A stretch of 64,000 nt of DNA from Candidatus Poribacteria bacterium. Its GTDB lineage: Bacteria; Poribacteria; WGA-4E; WGA-3G. The translations under genes and the position numbers were made by a program. The notes under the pieces were generated by a model. That model was not told where the DNA came from and made no database searches. It worked only from the letters and a program-made list of their open reading frames with translations. Below, piece after piece: positions 1 to 8,826 of this stretch (position 1 is the first letter of the stretch; each line of letters begins with the position of its first letter). The stretch is from contig OZ240248.1 of NCBI GenBank assembly GCA_965198235.1, positions 3,424,001 through 3,488,000 of the forward strand. The letters run 5' to 3'.

Positions 1-505
1 GTAGGTAGGGTGAGTGAGGGTCCATGTGGCGCAGGAATAGGAAAAACGGTTTTTCGTCGTTCTGATCGATCAGTCGATTCAGTTCTGGGATAGTTGTTTT
101 ATTGAGGTTTTCCGCTTTCGGGCTACGTCCAGTGTCATCGGGACCCCATCCAGAGTAGTCGAGATAGGTATCGAACCCACGTGCACTTGGTCCACTGAAT
201 CCGACACAGGTCGTATCGTAGCCTGCGTCCCGAAGGATTTCCGGCAGCGTCTTGACCTCTTCGCGGAGCGGTCCTTGGTGCCGCAACGCGACAACCTGTG
301 TGCTGAACGTATCCAATCCGGTCAGCATGGATGCATAAGCACTCGTTGTCGGGATGTGCGCGCTATAGGTTTTCTCAAAAAGGGTGGCACCCTCCGCAAA
401 GCGGTCAATGTGAGGGGTTGTCAGTAAGTGATACCCGTAACAGCTCATGTGTGTTGCGAGAAGCGAATCAACTCCCATCAGGACGATATTTGGTTGTTTT
501 GCCAT
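1..505 (-). CDS. Sulfatase-like / alkaline phosphatase superfamily hydrolase, N-terminal part (runs off window edge; absent from ORF track)
   Basis: Manual translation from ATG 505 (AGAGGAG upstream): MAKQPNIVLMGVDSLLATHMSCYGY..TTPHIDRFA..HIPTTSAYASMLTG..TLPEILRDAGYDT..KPFFLFLRHMDPHSPYLP, open to the edge. Confidence 0.85.
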   Translation of the reverse strand, partial: MAKQPNIVLMGVDSLLATHMSCYGYHLLTTPHIDRFAEGATLFEKTYSAHIPTTSAYASMLTGLDTFSTQVVALRHQGPLREEVKTLPEILRDAGYDTTCVGFSGPSARGFDTYLDYSGWGPDDTGRSPKAENLNKTTIPELNRLIDQNDEKPFFLFLRHMDPHSPYL

Positions 506-782
506 ATCCATTTCTCCTCTTTTTCAGTTATTGAATCTGGTCACCGTTCCAAATGTAAAGCATTCTGCGCAAGCCTCTATAGGAAACCTGCGGGACACTG
601 CGAAGCAAAATTATGCCATTTAAGGCATAATTTCGTTTCATCGAAGAAACACCCGAGCAAAAACCCCCTCCCCAGTAACGGGTGAGGACCCCGGTTTTCG
701 GTTAATACCAACTATCTCTGAGTTATCAAAGACTTTTTAATAGTTGAAATACTGCAAGGACAACGGACGCAGCAGCTCAGAT

Positions 783-1592
783 TTAATCGTTTAAAAAATC
801 CTTATGCCAAATGAGCGTATTCTGAATATCGTCGTTAAGCACGTCACCAATTTCCAGCGAGTTAAAGTAGGGCTCCGGTAGGATGTTTCGCTTTCCGTTG
901 AAGGTGCATCCATCGGGCATGAAACCACACGTCATCGCTCTACGGTGATGGATCGTCATATTCGCACCGGCACCGTGGGCAACGAGACCGTTATGCCATG
1001 CAATAGAGCCTGCAGGACAAGGGGCACACTGCGGTTCAATCTGTTTCCATTCTGGGTATACGTTAAATAGTTCACCGATATTTATTCCAATGCCGACGTT
1101 ATCAAAGCGTGCGGTTTTATGGGTGCCGGGGAGATACCACATACATCCGTTCGCAAGTGTGGCATCGTCCAGCGCAACCCAGAAGGAGACAGCATCCGGT
1201 GAATCAAAGGACCAGTACGGGACATCGAGGTGCCATGCGGTCGGATTACCGTGAGGCGGTTTAATCAGAGCCTGATCGTGCCAAATTCGCATCCCGTCAA
1301 CCCCGGCTAACTCCGTTGCCATCTTGCCGAGTCTCGGATCATGCACCAGTTTCTGCATCCCAGGGTGCGTGTCTGATAAACGGAGGCACTGCGTGAAAAC
1401 GCGGGCGTAAAACTGCTTCGCGTCCATCTGGTTCGTCATAAATTCGACTGAATTTCCGAGGCGTTCCTCAACAGATTCATCGGTGCATCGTCGCCACTCC
1501 GCCAACTCCTCGGCATCAAAAAAGTTCTCAATGACAAGAAAACCGTTTTCCTGATAAAAATTAATTTGTGATTCGGTGAGTTCGTTCTGCAT
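783..1592 (-). CDS. Phytanoyl-CoA dioxygenase (PhyH) family Fe(II)/2OG oxygenase
   Basis: FYQENGFLVI, WHLD (HxD), ALDDATLANGCMWYLPGTH, distal H and R. Confidence 0.9.
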   Translation of the reverse strand: MQNELTESQINFYQENGFLVIENFFDAEELAEWRRCTDESVEERLGNSVEFMTNQMDAKQFYARVFTQCLRLSDTHPGMQKLVHDPRLGKMATELAGVDGMRIWHDQALIKPPHGNPTAWHLDVPYWSFDSPDAVSFWVALDDATLANGCMWYLPGTHKTARFDNVGIGINIGELFNVYPEWKQIEPQCAPCPAGSIAWHNGLVAHGAGANMTIHHRRAMTCGFMPDGCTFNGKRNILPEPYFNSLEIGDVLNDDIQNTLIWHKDFLND

Positions 1593-1709
1593 TCTCCACC
1601 TTCTCCTTCCAGTTCTTTGGGTTATGGGCTTGCGAGCGACCCATTACAAAATTGTATCACAGAAGCGATAAATAGACAAAAGAAAAAATATCAAACAAGT
1701 GTTTGGGAT

Positions 1710-1810
1710 GTTGGGTTTCGCTATATCTTTGTAGAGGAATCGTTGATTGGGAATCAGAGTTTTCTGTGGAAACAAGAAGAGCTTTGGGTTCGCCGCTCAA
1801 CCCAACCTAC
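1710..1810. repeat. REP-like inverted repeat (GTTGGGTT..AACCCAACCTAC)
   Basis: Arms at 1710 and 1795-1810; CTAC end is the reverse complement of the GTAG typical of REP families. Confidence 0.6.
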
Positions 1811-1860
1811 GATTTTGTCGCCCCGCTGGTGAAAAAAACATTGACAAAAAAGACGCTCAA

Positions 1861-2100
1861 AATCCGCGCAATCTGCGTCATCCGCGTCATCCGCGATTCA
1901 GACGGAAACTTTAATAATCCTGAAAAGATCGAAGAGGTTTCCTGTCCCCTGATAAGGGGGAGTGAGGGGGTTATCCTGATTCAGACAACTTCCAATTTCT
2001 ATGCTTCACAACTTTTAATCACCGACGGAAACCGACCGCTGACCGCAACCTACACCTACTAACAACTCTCACTGTGAGGCAAATCGATAACTGACAACTA
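1861..2100. repeat. Cluster of short repeat-family remnants (ATCCGCGTC x3, ATCCTGATTCAGAC ends, CTGAC heptamers)
   Basis: Related motifs recur at 4370-4390, 18817-18911, 20369-20478 and 14707-14795. Confidence 0.55.
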
Positions 2101-2224
2101 AATAACGCTGCCTAAATTCGCTTTAAATCTGGAATTGTCTTGAAGTGGAACGTCCAATTGTGATATAATTTTAAAAAGTGATAAAATAGAGTAATGTTTG
2201 AAGCTTATCCTGCGAGGAAATCAG

Positions 2225-2857
2225 ATGAATTGCGAAATGAGCGAAACCCGAATGCGAATCCTGCAACTGCTGAAAATGCGTGCCGGTATGACAGTGAGTC
2301 AGTTAAAAGATGCTTTGCATATCAGCCAAATGGGAATCCGTCAACACCTCACCATACTTGAAGCAGAGGGGTTAGTTGAGCACTACCAAGAAAAGCAGGG
2401 ACGTGGCCGTCCGCCTTATATCTATCAATTAACCGATGAGGCAAATAGTCTCTTCCCAACAACTTACGCTAACTTTGCTGTTGGTCTAATGCATGAAGTT
2501 GCCAAATTCAACGGACCCGGTTTCATCAACAAAGTCTTTCGAGGTCGGATGAAATCGCAGTTGCAGACGTATCAACTGCGGCTTCAAGGGAAAAACCTGC
2601 CCGAACGTGTCAAGGAACTTGCTCGTATTCGTGATGAAGAGGGGTACATGGCACGCTTTGACGAGAATGAAAACGACTACGTCTTAACCGAACATAACTG
2701 TCCTATCGCGTTGATCGCGCAAGAGTACCCGCACGTCTGCGAAATTGAAACGGCACTTTTCCGGCAATCCTTGGATGCGAAAGTTGTTCGAGTGGAGCAT
2801 CTCATGCAAGGAAACCATAAATGTTGCTACCGGATTCCTAAAGCCGACGAAGAGTAA
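2225..2857 (+). CDS. Winged-HTH transcriptional regulator, SufR-like (C-terminal Cys ligands)
   Basis: GIRQHLTILEAEGLV, GRGRP, EHNCPI..VCEIE..KCCY; GAGG RBS before ATG 2225; TGATATAAT extended -10 at 2161-2169. Confidence 0.8.
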   Translation: MNCEMSETRMRILQLLKMRAGMTVSQLKDALHISQMGIRQHLTILEAEGLVEHYQEKQGRGRPPYIYQLTDEANSLFPTTYANFAVGLMHEVAKFNGPGFINKVFRGRMKSQLQTYQLRLQGKNLPERVKELARIRDEEGYMARFDENENDYVLTEHNCPIALIAQEYPHVCEIETALFRQSLDAKVVRVEHLMQGNHKCCYRIPKADEE

Positions 2858-2891
2858 GGCTCTGCACGAGAGCGGAGCATGACTTTCAGGG

Positions 2892-3494
2892 ATGGAACGT
2901 GAAATGGCTGATGAAACGGGGAGACGTGGCTTTTTCAAGGAAGCCTTGAACCAACTCATCCAACCGGTCGCTGAGTTTCTTGATGGCCAGGTAGTCGACC
3001 ATCTGATAGCTGAGGAGCCGAGTAACCGTCCGCTTTTCCGCCCTCCGGGGGCGTTGCCCGAAGCGGAATTCTTAGAAAAGTGTCATCGGTGTGGCAACTG
3101 CGTCAAGAACTGTCCCGCAAACGCTATTTTCCCGTTACAGACTACCCAACCCGATATCGCGAATACACCTTATATCGATCCTGAGGAACAGCCGTGCGTC
3201 ATCTGCGATTCATTGGCATGCATGTACGTTTGTCCGAGCGGTGCTTTGCAACCTGTTTATGCCGAAGATATTAAAATCGGTTTGGCAGTTTTCAGTGCTG
3301 AAACCTGTCTTCGGACAAAAGATGTGGATTGTACTTACTGTGTCGATACGTGTCCGATTGGCGAGGATGCGATTCACTTCACGTCAGATGGCGTTGTAGA
3401 GGTTATTGATGCTGGATGCACAGGATGTGGGGTATGTCAATACGCCTGTCCAACTTCACCAAAATCAATAGTTATTGAACCTCTCGCTGAGTGA
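2892..3494 (+). CDS. 4Fe-4S multicluster ferredoxin-type protein (NapF/NapG/MauM-like)
   Basis: RRGFFK, RPPGA, CxxCxxCxxxCP motifs and further Cys clusters. Confidence 0.85.
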   Translation: MEREMADETGRRGFFKEALNQLIQPVAEFLDGQVVDHLIAEEPSNRPLFRPPGALPEAEFLEKCHRCGNCVKNCPANAIFPLQTTQPDIANTPYIDPEEQPCVICDSLACMYVCPSGALQPVYAEDIKIGLAVFSAETCLRTKDVDCTYCVDTCPIGEDAIHFTSDGVVEVIDAGCTGCGVCQYACPTSPKSIVIEPLAE

Positions 3495-3553
3495 GATGTT
3501 ATATATGGGTTTCGGGTATATCCGATTGTATTTCGCACCTTTTCGAAAGAAAT

Positions 3554-4108
3554 ATGTCTGTACTTATACAAATACTTATGCAGCGTACTTTAGGAGGGCA
3601 AAACCTACGCGATATCAAACCACCCTTAGAGGTGCCGCAGAATTTGCTACCTTATTTCATCAGTGGTACAGTGATACTCGGCTTTGTAATTATATTGATA
3701 TGGTACTATCTTCAAAAACGCCGTCAACCGTTACCTGTCCCAGTAACAGATGAGAAGGACACACCGTTGGCGCATGAGGTAGCATACGAAAAACTGGCAG
3801 CAATTGAAGCCTCTGATTGGCTAAAGCGTGGCGACATGGAGACATATCATACCCAAATTGCGTATGTCCTCCGCCAATACATCGATGCACGTTATCATAT
3901 TCCAGCGTTGGAGTTGACAACGACAGGATTGCTGCAGGCGATGCTACGCGCTGAAATAGCCATGCCCTATGTTGAACGGGCGCAGCAATTACTCGCCAAT
4001 TGTGATATGGTGAAATTTGCAACCTATCAGCCGGAATTAACAGAGGCATCTGCACGGATAGCAGACGCTCGCTGGGTTGTTGACGAGACAAAGTCTCTTA
4101 TGCCATAA
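3554..4108 (+). CDS. BatD/DUF4381-like single-pass membrane protein
   Basis: LRDIKPP, one TM helix, LRQYI..ALELTT..CDMVKFA; start codon uncertain. Confidence 0.6.
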   Translation: MSVLIQILMQRTLGGQNLRDIKPPLEVPQNLLPYFISGTVILGFVIILIWYYLQKRRQPLPVPVTDEKDTPLAHEVAYEKLAAIEASDWLKRGDMETYHTQIAYVLRQYIDARYHIPALELTTTGLLQAMLRAEIAMPYVERAQQLLANCDMVKFATYQPELTEASARIADARWVVDETKSLMP

Positions 4109-4136
4109 ACTACCGCTTAAGGTTCCCACCTCCGCT

Positions 4137-4331
4137 GGCGAGGTTTGATGAAGATTAAAAATTTAATTCGGTAATTTCCTAACAATATCCGGGGCGGTGT
4201 TTTTGCTTGGGGTTTTTGATAGGGCATTTCTGCGGATTTCCCTGCGGATTTCCCCTAGGAAACCGCACCTACCGGGCCTGGGAAAACATAGAATTACCGA
4301 AATATTTTCTGAAACTTCATGTAACCTCGCC
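4137..4331. mobile_element. Nested repeat: REP hairpin > MITE-like element > second REP hairpin > modular cassette
   Basis: GGCGAGGTT/AACCTCGCC outer arms; ATGAAG..TTCGGTAATT imperfect IRs 4148-4320; GGGGCGGT/ACCGCACCTAC inner arms; cassette 4197-4258. Confidence 0.75.
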
Positions 4332-4570
4332 CTACAATGTCCAAGTCGCTGTGGACTTTACTGTAGTCCCGTAAACCCCGATTCTGACAACTGATTGCGG
4401 AAAAACTGATTGCCTCTGATAAAAGTCTTGGCATAATTTCAAAAAATATAGTATTATGTTTAATTAAGTTTTTCATAAACCTTTAATTTACGGAAAATGC
4501 CAACTTAGGTGAACGAATTTTATACGCTACTTAATATAAACACAAGCCATAGCAAGGAGGGAAAATTAGC

Positions 4571-5002
4571 GTGTCAGTTGAACACAAAGTACTCCTCACT
4601 ATACCAATGTACCCTGATATGGAACTTGCCGCAGCGAAAACTGGCTCTGTCCTTGCTGAATTGAAGGACTTCAACGAGGAGGCAGTTGAAGAAATTCAAC
4701 TCGCTATCATCGAATCTTGTATCAACGCTTCTGAACATAGCCAAAGCGAGGATAAGGAAGTACATATTCAGTTTTTAGTTACGGACGATCAGTTGGAAGT
4801 CAAAATTACTGATCGAGGGGTTGGTATAACTGCAGATACACTGGACGGCACCCGCTTACTCGGTAGACCGGGTGTACACCCCGATTTACGTAAACGTGGA
4901 AGAGGCTTACAAATTATTAGAGCTTTAATGGATGAAGTGGTTATAGAAAGCAGCCCTAACGGGACTACTGTTAGTTTCACGAAAAAGAAGACCTCCAAAT
5001 AG
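4571..5002 (+). CDS. Anti-sigma factor / Ser kinase, RsbW-like (HATPase_c_2)
   Basis: IQLAIIESCINASEH, ITDRGVG, GRGLQIIRALMDEV; AGGAGG RBS. Confidence 0.88.
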   Translation: MSVEHKVLLTIPMYPDMELAAAKTGSVLAELKDFNEEAVEEIQLAIIESCINASEHSQSEDKEVHIQFLVTDDQLEVKITDRGVGITADTLDGTRLLGRPGVHPDLRKRGRGLQIIRALMDEVVIESSPNGTTVSFTKKKTSK

Positions 5003-5201
5003 ATCGCTGTGTCGCTATTGCGCAAGCCTATAGAGGAAACCTGCGGGACAATATGTCTACAACACAATTTTGAACCTGTCGCAGATAATTGACAAAATTG
5101 TGTTCAAATGTGTTGTTAAACGACGCGTTTTTTTAATACATCACGTTTCTGTTTTGGGGCGGTTCACAAGTCCATATTAAGAACTTAGGGAGGTAAGCGA
5201 T

Positions 5202-5546
5202 TTGTTGGACAAATTCGATATTCAAATTCGAGAGGCGAAAGAGCACGCGGTGATTGAAACAACTGGATACCTGAATGATGCCCTCGGAGAACAACTCTCC
5301 GAGAAAGCACAGGGACTCATTCAGAATGGCTGTACGCAACTCGTAATTAACCTTGAAAAAACAACACTCATTAACAGCATCGGTATATCTATACTTATTG
5401 AGATTATAGAGGCACTTACTGAACACGAAGGCACCCTGAATTTCTGTGGGTTGTCTGCCACACAGGAGCGCACATTCCGCATGATGGCAATTGCCAAATA
5501 CGCAGGTATCTTTCCAGACGAAGAATCTGCTATTGCCAACCTATAA
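5202..5546 (+). CDS. STAS-domain anti-anti-sigma factor, RsbV-like
   Basis: LVINLEKTTLINSIGISILI (phosphoacceptor Ser region); GGAGG RBS. Confidence 0.88.
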   Translation: MLDKFDIQIREAKEHAVIETTGYLNDALGEQLSEKAQGLIQNGCTQLVINLEKTTLINSIGISILIEIIEALTEHEGTLNFCGLSATQERTFRMMAIAKYAGIFPDEESAIANL

Positions 5547-5707
5547 CTTTTTTAGGCATAAATTTTGATCCGGAAATAAATCAAAAATTGTTTTGCTTTA
5601 CATTGGCGAAGGCCTTTTGGGTAGGACATGTTCCGGTGCCTTAGGTATATGCTTGTGGTAACAGATATAAGAAAAAATAAAGACTGACATTATTTGGATG
5701 CAATACT

Positions 5708-7675
5708 ATGAAAGATTCGAGCAAACCTATGTCAGGAGACAGTTTGCAAGCCCATAAAACACCAAATACCGCAGAGCAGACGATGGAGAGGCTTATCTTC
5801 AGCCTGTCCGAGTTGGAACATTTGGGCCAAACATTGATCTCTGGACACACCAACTTTAATCATTCAAGTAAAACCTATCTCCGGATCACCCTCGGCACTT
5901 TGCAAGTCACACGCGGAGCGATACTCCGTTACCACCCGACGCGGCAAAATCTTGAAGTCGTTGCATCATCCCCTGATGAAGTGTTTTCTCCAATCGCTGT
6001 TGAGCCAAACGAAATCGAGAGTTTACTACAGCAGTCATTCATTGAGAGGACCACTGTCCCAGAACACCTTGAACAATTCTTCGCTCGGAGTGCCAAGTTC
6101 GTCGAAACTATTGACATACGTCTTTGGGTGCCTCTGAAGATTCAAGATGAATTTCTCGGAATGATTGGTTTAGGAAGTTTCTTGGGCAGAGGGGCATTGG
6201 AAGCATGGGAGATGGAATTGTTAACAACTTTTGCTCACCAAATTTCAATCGCCATCGCTTATTCCCAAATGGTGGAGGGAGTTCAAAGCGAAAAATTTCG
6301 ATTGTTCATGCTTGCAGAAAGTGCGCCGCAAATCTGTCAACTTCTACAACCTGAAGCCGCCGCAGAACAGGTAGTGCACCAGGCTGTCTCACTCTTAGAC
6401 GCTAACGCTGGGGCACTCATGCTCACGCATCCGGAACGTCAGGAACTTGAGATGCACTACACCTTTCCGGAGACATTGATTGAAGGTCCCACAGCTGATT
6501 CCAGCCCTAACGGGACAGCGCAAGTCTCTATAGACTTGCGGGACAATGTTCCTTATGGTGAAGAGGCACCCGTCTCCTTGGAAACAACGTCCGTAGACAT
6601 GCTGAAATCTGTTGTTAAGGAAGGATTGCCCGGGCACTGTCCACCAAAATCCGACACGCTTTTCGGAGGAAAGAGTTTGATGGCAGTCCCTATTCCCGGA
6701 CGCGACGGTGACATTCTCGGAATCCTCGTTGTTGGTGATAAAGAGGAACGTGGTGGTAGGATCGCACCCTTTACCGATGAGGATGTTATCCTACTTGATT
6801 CTTTTGCGAAACAGGCAGGGGTCGCTATTGAAAACGCACACCTGCATCAGGAAGCGCTGGAGGCACGCCAGTTACAAGCGGAAATGGAGGAAGCTCGCAA
6901 GATACAGGTGAATCTCATTCCGGAGAAGCTACCTGACATTCCCGGATACGAAGTTGCCGGTCATTATGAGCCACGGGGTCCCGTTGGAGGCGACTATTAT
7001 GATTGTATCGCCTTGCCGACCGGACGTTGGGGACTCGCAATTGCAGATGTTTCTGGAAAGGGTATGCAAGCCGCACTGCTCATGGCAACACTACGCGCAG
7101 GACTCATCTCTGAATTGTCTCGTGGAAAAGGCACCGCAGCGGAAGATTCAGTACAAAATGACCTGAGCTCGGTTGCTTTGTACGCTGAACTTATCGATAT
7201 GGCTTTGACGCTGAACTCGCTCCTTTACGCCAGTGGTACAGAAGAGAAGTACGCGACTTTCTTCTACAGTCATCTTAACCCCGATACGGATGTCTTGACG
7301 ACGCTCAATGCAGGGCATAATCCACCGCTACTCGTTAGAAAGGATGGCACTTACAAGTGGTTGGGTGAAGAGGTTGGAGGTATTCCGCTCGGAATGTTTC
7401 CGAACGAAATGGTTCCGAACATCGCTGAGTATGAAGCCGAGAATGTCCAACTCGCAAGTGGTGATGTCGTCGTATATTATACGGACGGTGTTACAGAAAC
7501 CGTCAATGTTGAAGATGAGTATTATGAGGAAGATCGACTCGTAGAGGATTCCAAAGCCTGCAAGGATTCGGATGCTGAGGGTATCCGAAAATATCTTCAC
7601 GACGCAGTCATGGGATTTCAGGGGGAAGCCGATCAGTTTGACGATCTGACCCTACTTATTTTGAGGAAGCAGTAA
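5708..7675 (+). CDS. GAF-GAF-PP2C (SpoIIE/RsbU-like) Ser phosphatase
   Basis: Two GAF-like domains; VGGDYYD, IADVSGKG, NAGHNPP, YTDGVTE, DDLT. Confidence 0.92.
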   Translation: MKDSSKPMSGDSLQAHKTPNTAEQTMERLIFSLSELEHLGQTLISGHTNFNHSSKTYLRITLGTLQVTRGAILRYHPTRQNLEVVASSPDEVFSPIAVEPNEIESLLQQSFIERTTVPEHLEQFFARSAKFVETIDIRLWVPLKIQDEFLGMIGLGSFLGRGALEAWEMELLTTFAHQISIAIAYSQMVEGVQSEKFRLFMLAESAPQICQLLQPEAAAEQVVHQAVSLLDANAGALMLTHPERQELEMHYTFPETLIEGPTADSSPNGTAQVSIDLRDNVPYGEEAPVSLETTSVDMLKSVVKEGLPGHCPPKSDTLFGGKSLMAVPIPGRDGDILGILVVGDKEERGGRIAPFTDEDVILLDSFAKQAGVAIENAHLHQEALEARQLQAEMEEARKIQVNLIPEKLPDIPGYEVAGHYEPRGPVGGDYYDCIALPTGRWGLAIADVSGKGMQAALLMATLRAGLISELSRGKGTAAEDSVQNDLSSVALYAELIDMALTLNSLLYASGTEEKYATFFYSHLNPDTDVLTTLNAGHNPPLLVRKDGTYKWLGEEVGGIPLGMFPNEMVPNIAEYEAENVQLASGDVVVYYTDGVTETVNVEDEYYEEDRLVEDSKACKDSDAEGIRKYLHDAVMGFQGEADQFDDLTLLILRKQ

Positions 7676-7708
7676 GCACGTTGGTACGTCTACAGTAAGA
7701 GAATACGC

Positions 7709-8686
7709 ATGCAACAAAGTCCAGCTATCGGACGCTCATTTTTAGATCCAGCAATCCTTGCTCGAATCGGGAATCTTGAATTGATTGCAAAATTCGTCGT
7801 TGAAGGCTTTATCTCCGGACTCCACAAAAGTCCGTATCATGGGTTCAGTGTCGAGTTCTCGCAATACAGACAATATATGCCCGGAGACGATACCAAACAT
7901 ATAGATTGGAAAGCCTACGCTCGCACTGACCGTTACTATATCAAGCAATTTGAGGAGGAAACTAATCTCAATTGCTACCTCCTTTTGGATGCAAGCGAGT
8001 CTATGTTGCATCCAAGAGATGAGGCGCAGGTGGAGGATCCGACTATAGAGGAGAGTGGAACAGGGCAAAAACTAACAAAGTTGCGATACGCAAGTTTCCT
8101 CATTGCATCCCTCGCCTATTTTATGGCGAAGCAGCGGGATGCTGTTGGGTTTGCGTACTTTGATGATACACTTCGCCAATACCTACCCGCTCGAAGTAGC
8201 ACATCGCACTTGCACTCGATCTTGCTCACGTTGGAGACGCTGCAAACCGCAAAAAGTACACGGATGGGGATGCCCTTGCATCAAATCGCAGAACGTCTAA
8301 CCAAGCGCGGCTTAGTCCTCTTCGTCTCCGACCTCTACGATGAAAATCAGGCAGAAGTTGTTGAGGGTTTAGAGCATCTCAGATATGAGGGACATGAGGT
8401 CATCGTCTTTCATGTTCTTGCACATCAGGAACTTGCATTTGCTGACTTTGAGGCAGGAAGGAGCGCAGAAGCACTTATCCGTTTTATTGATTCAGAAAAT
8501 GATGCTGAGATTATCACAACGCCGCAAGCGATTCAGGAGAGTTATTTGAATAATTTCAACGAATTTCTTGATACTTATAGGCTCGCGCTGCGGCAATCCG
8601 GTATTGATTATAACATGATAACAACAGCAACACCGATTGATTTAGCCCTGGCATCCTATCTCGCTAAGCGTCAAGGAGTCCTTTGA
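7709..8686 (+). CDS. DUF58 domain protein (MoxR/VWA-associated)
   Basis: GLHKSPYHGFSVEFSQYRQYMPGDD..IDWK..YIKQFEEE..LDASESM. Confidence 0.9.
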   Translation: MQQSPAIGRSFLDPAILARIGNLELIAKFVVEGFISGLHKSPYHGFSVEFSQYRQYMPGDDTKHIDWKAYARTDRYYIKQFEEETNLNCYLLLDASESMLHPRDEAQVEDPTIEESGTGQKLTKLRYASFLIASLAYFMAKQRDAVGFAYFDDTLRQYLPARSSTSHLHSILLTLETLQTAKSTRMGMPLHQIAERLTKRGLVLFVSDLYDENQAEVVEGLEHLRYEGHEVIVFHVLAHQELAFADFEAGRSAEALIRFIDSENDAEIITTPQAIQESYLNNFNEFLDTYRLALRQSGIDYNMITTATPIDLALASYLAKRQGVL

Positions 8687-8826
8687 TTTGCTAACGAGAA
8701 ATCGGATGGGTAAGGGCTTGCGGGCCGAAAACTCTTAGGAATTGCACAGGTCCTTGTCTCGGTTGGAATTAATCGAAAACCATCATGGAACGTAGTGGAA
8801 CGATGAGCATTTGCACATAATTAAAA

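Noticed and set aside
4951-4965. 15-bp match CAGCCCTAACGGGAC shared between the RsbW-like gene and 6502-6516
   Set aside because: SSPNGT is a normal HATPase turn in RsbW; too short to distinguish from chance
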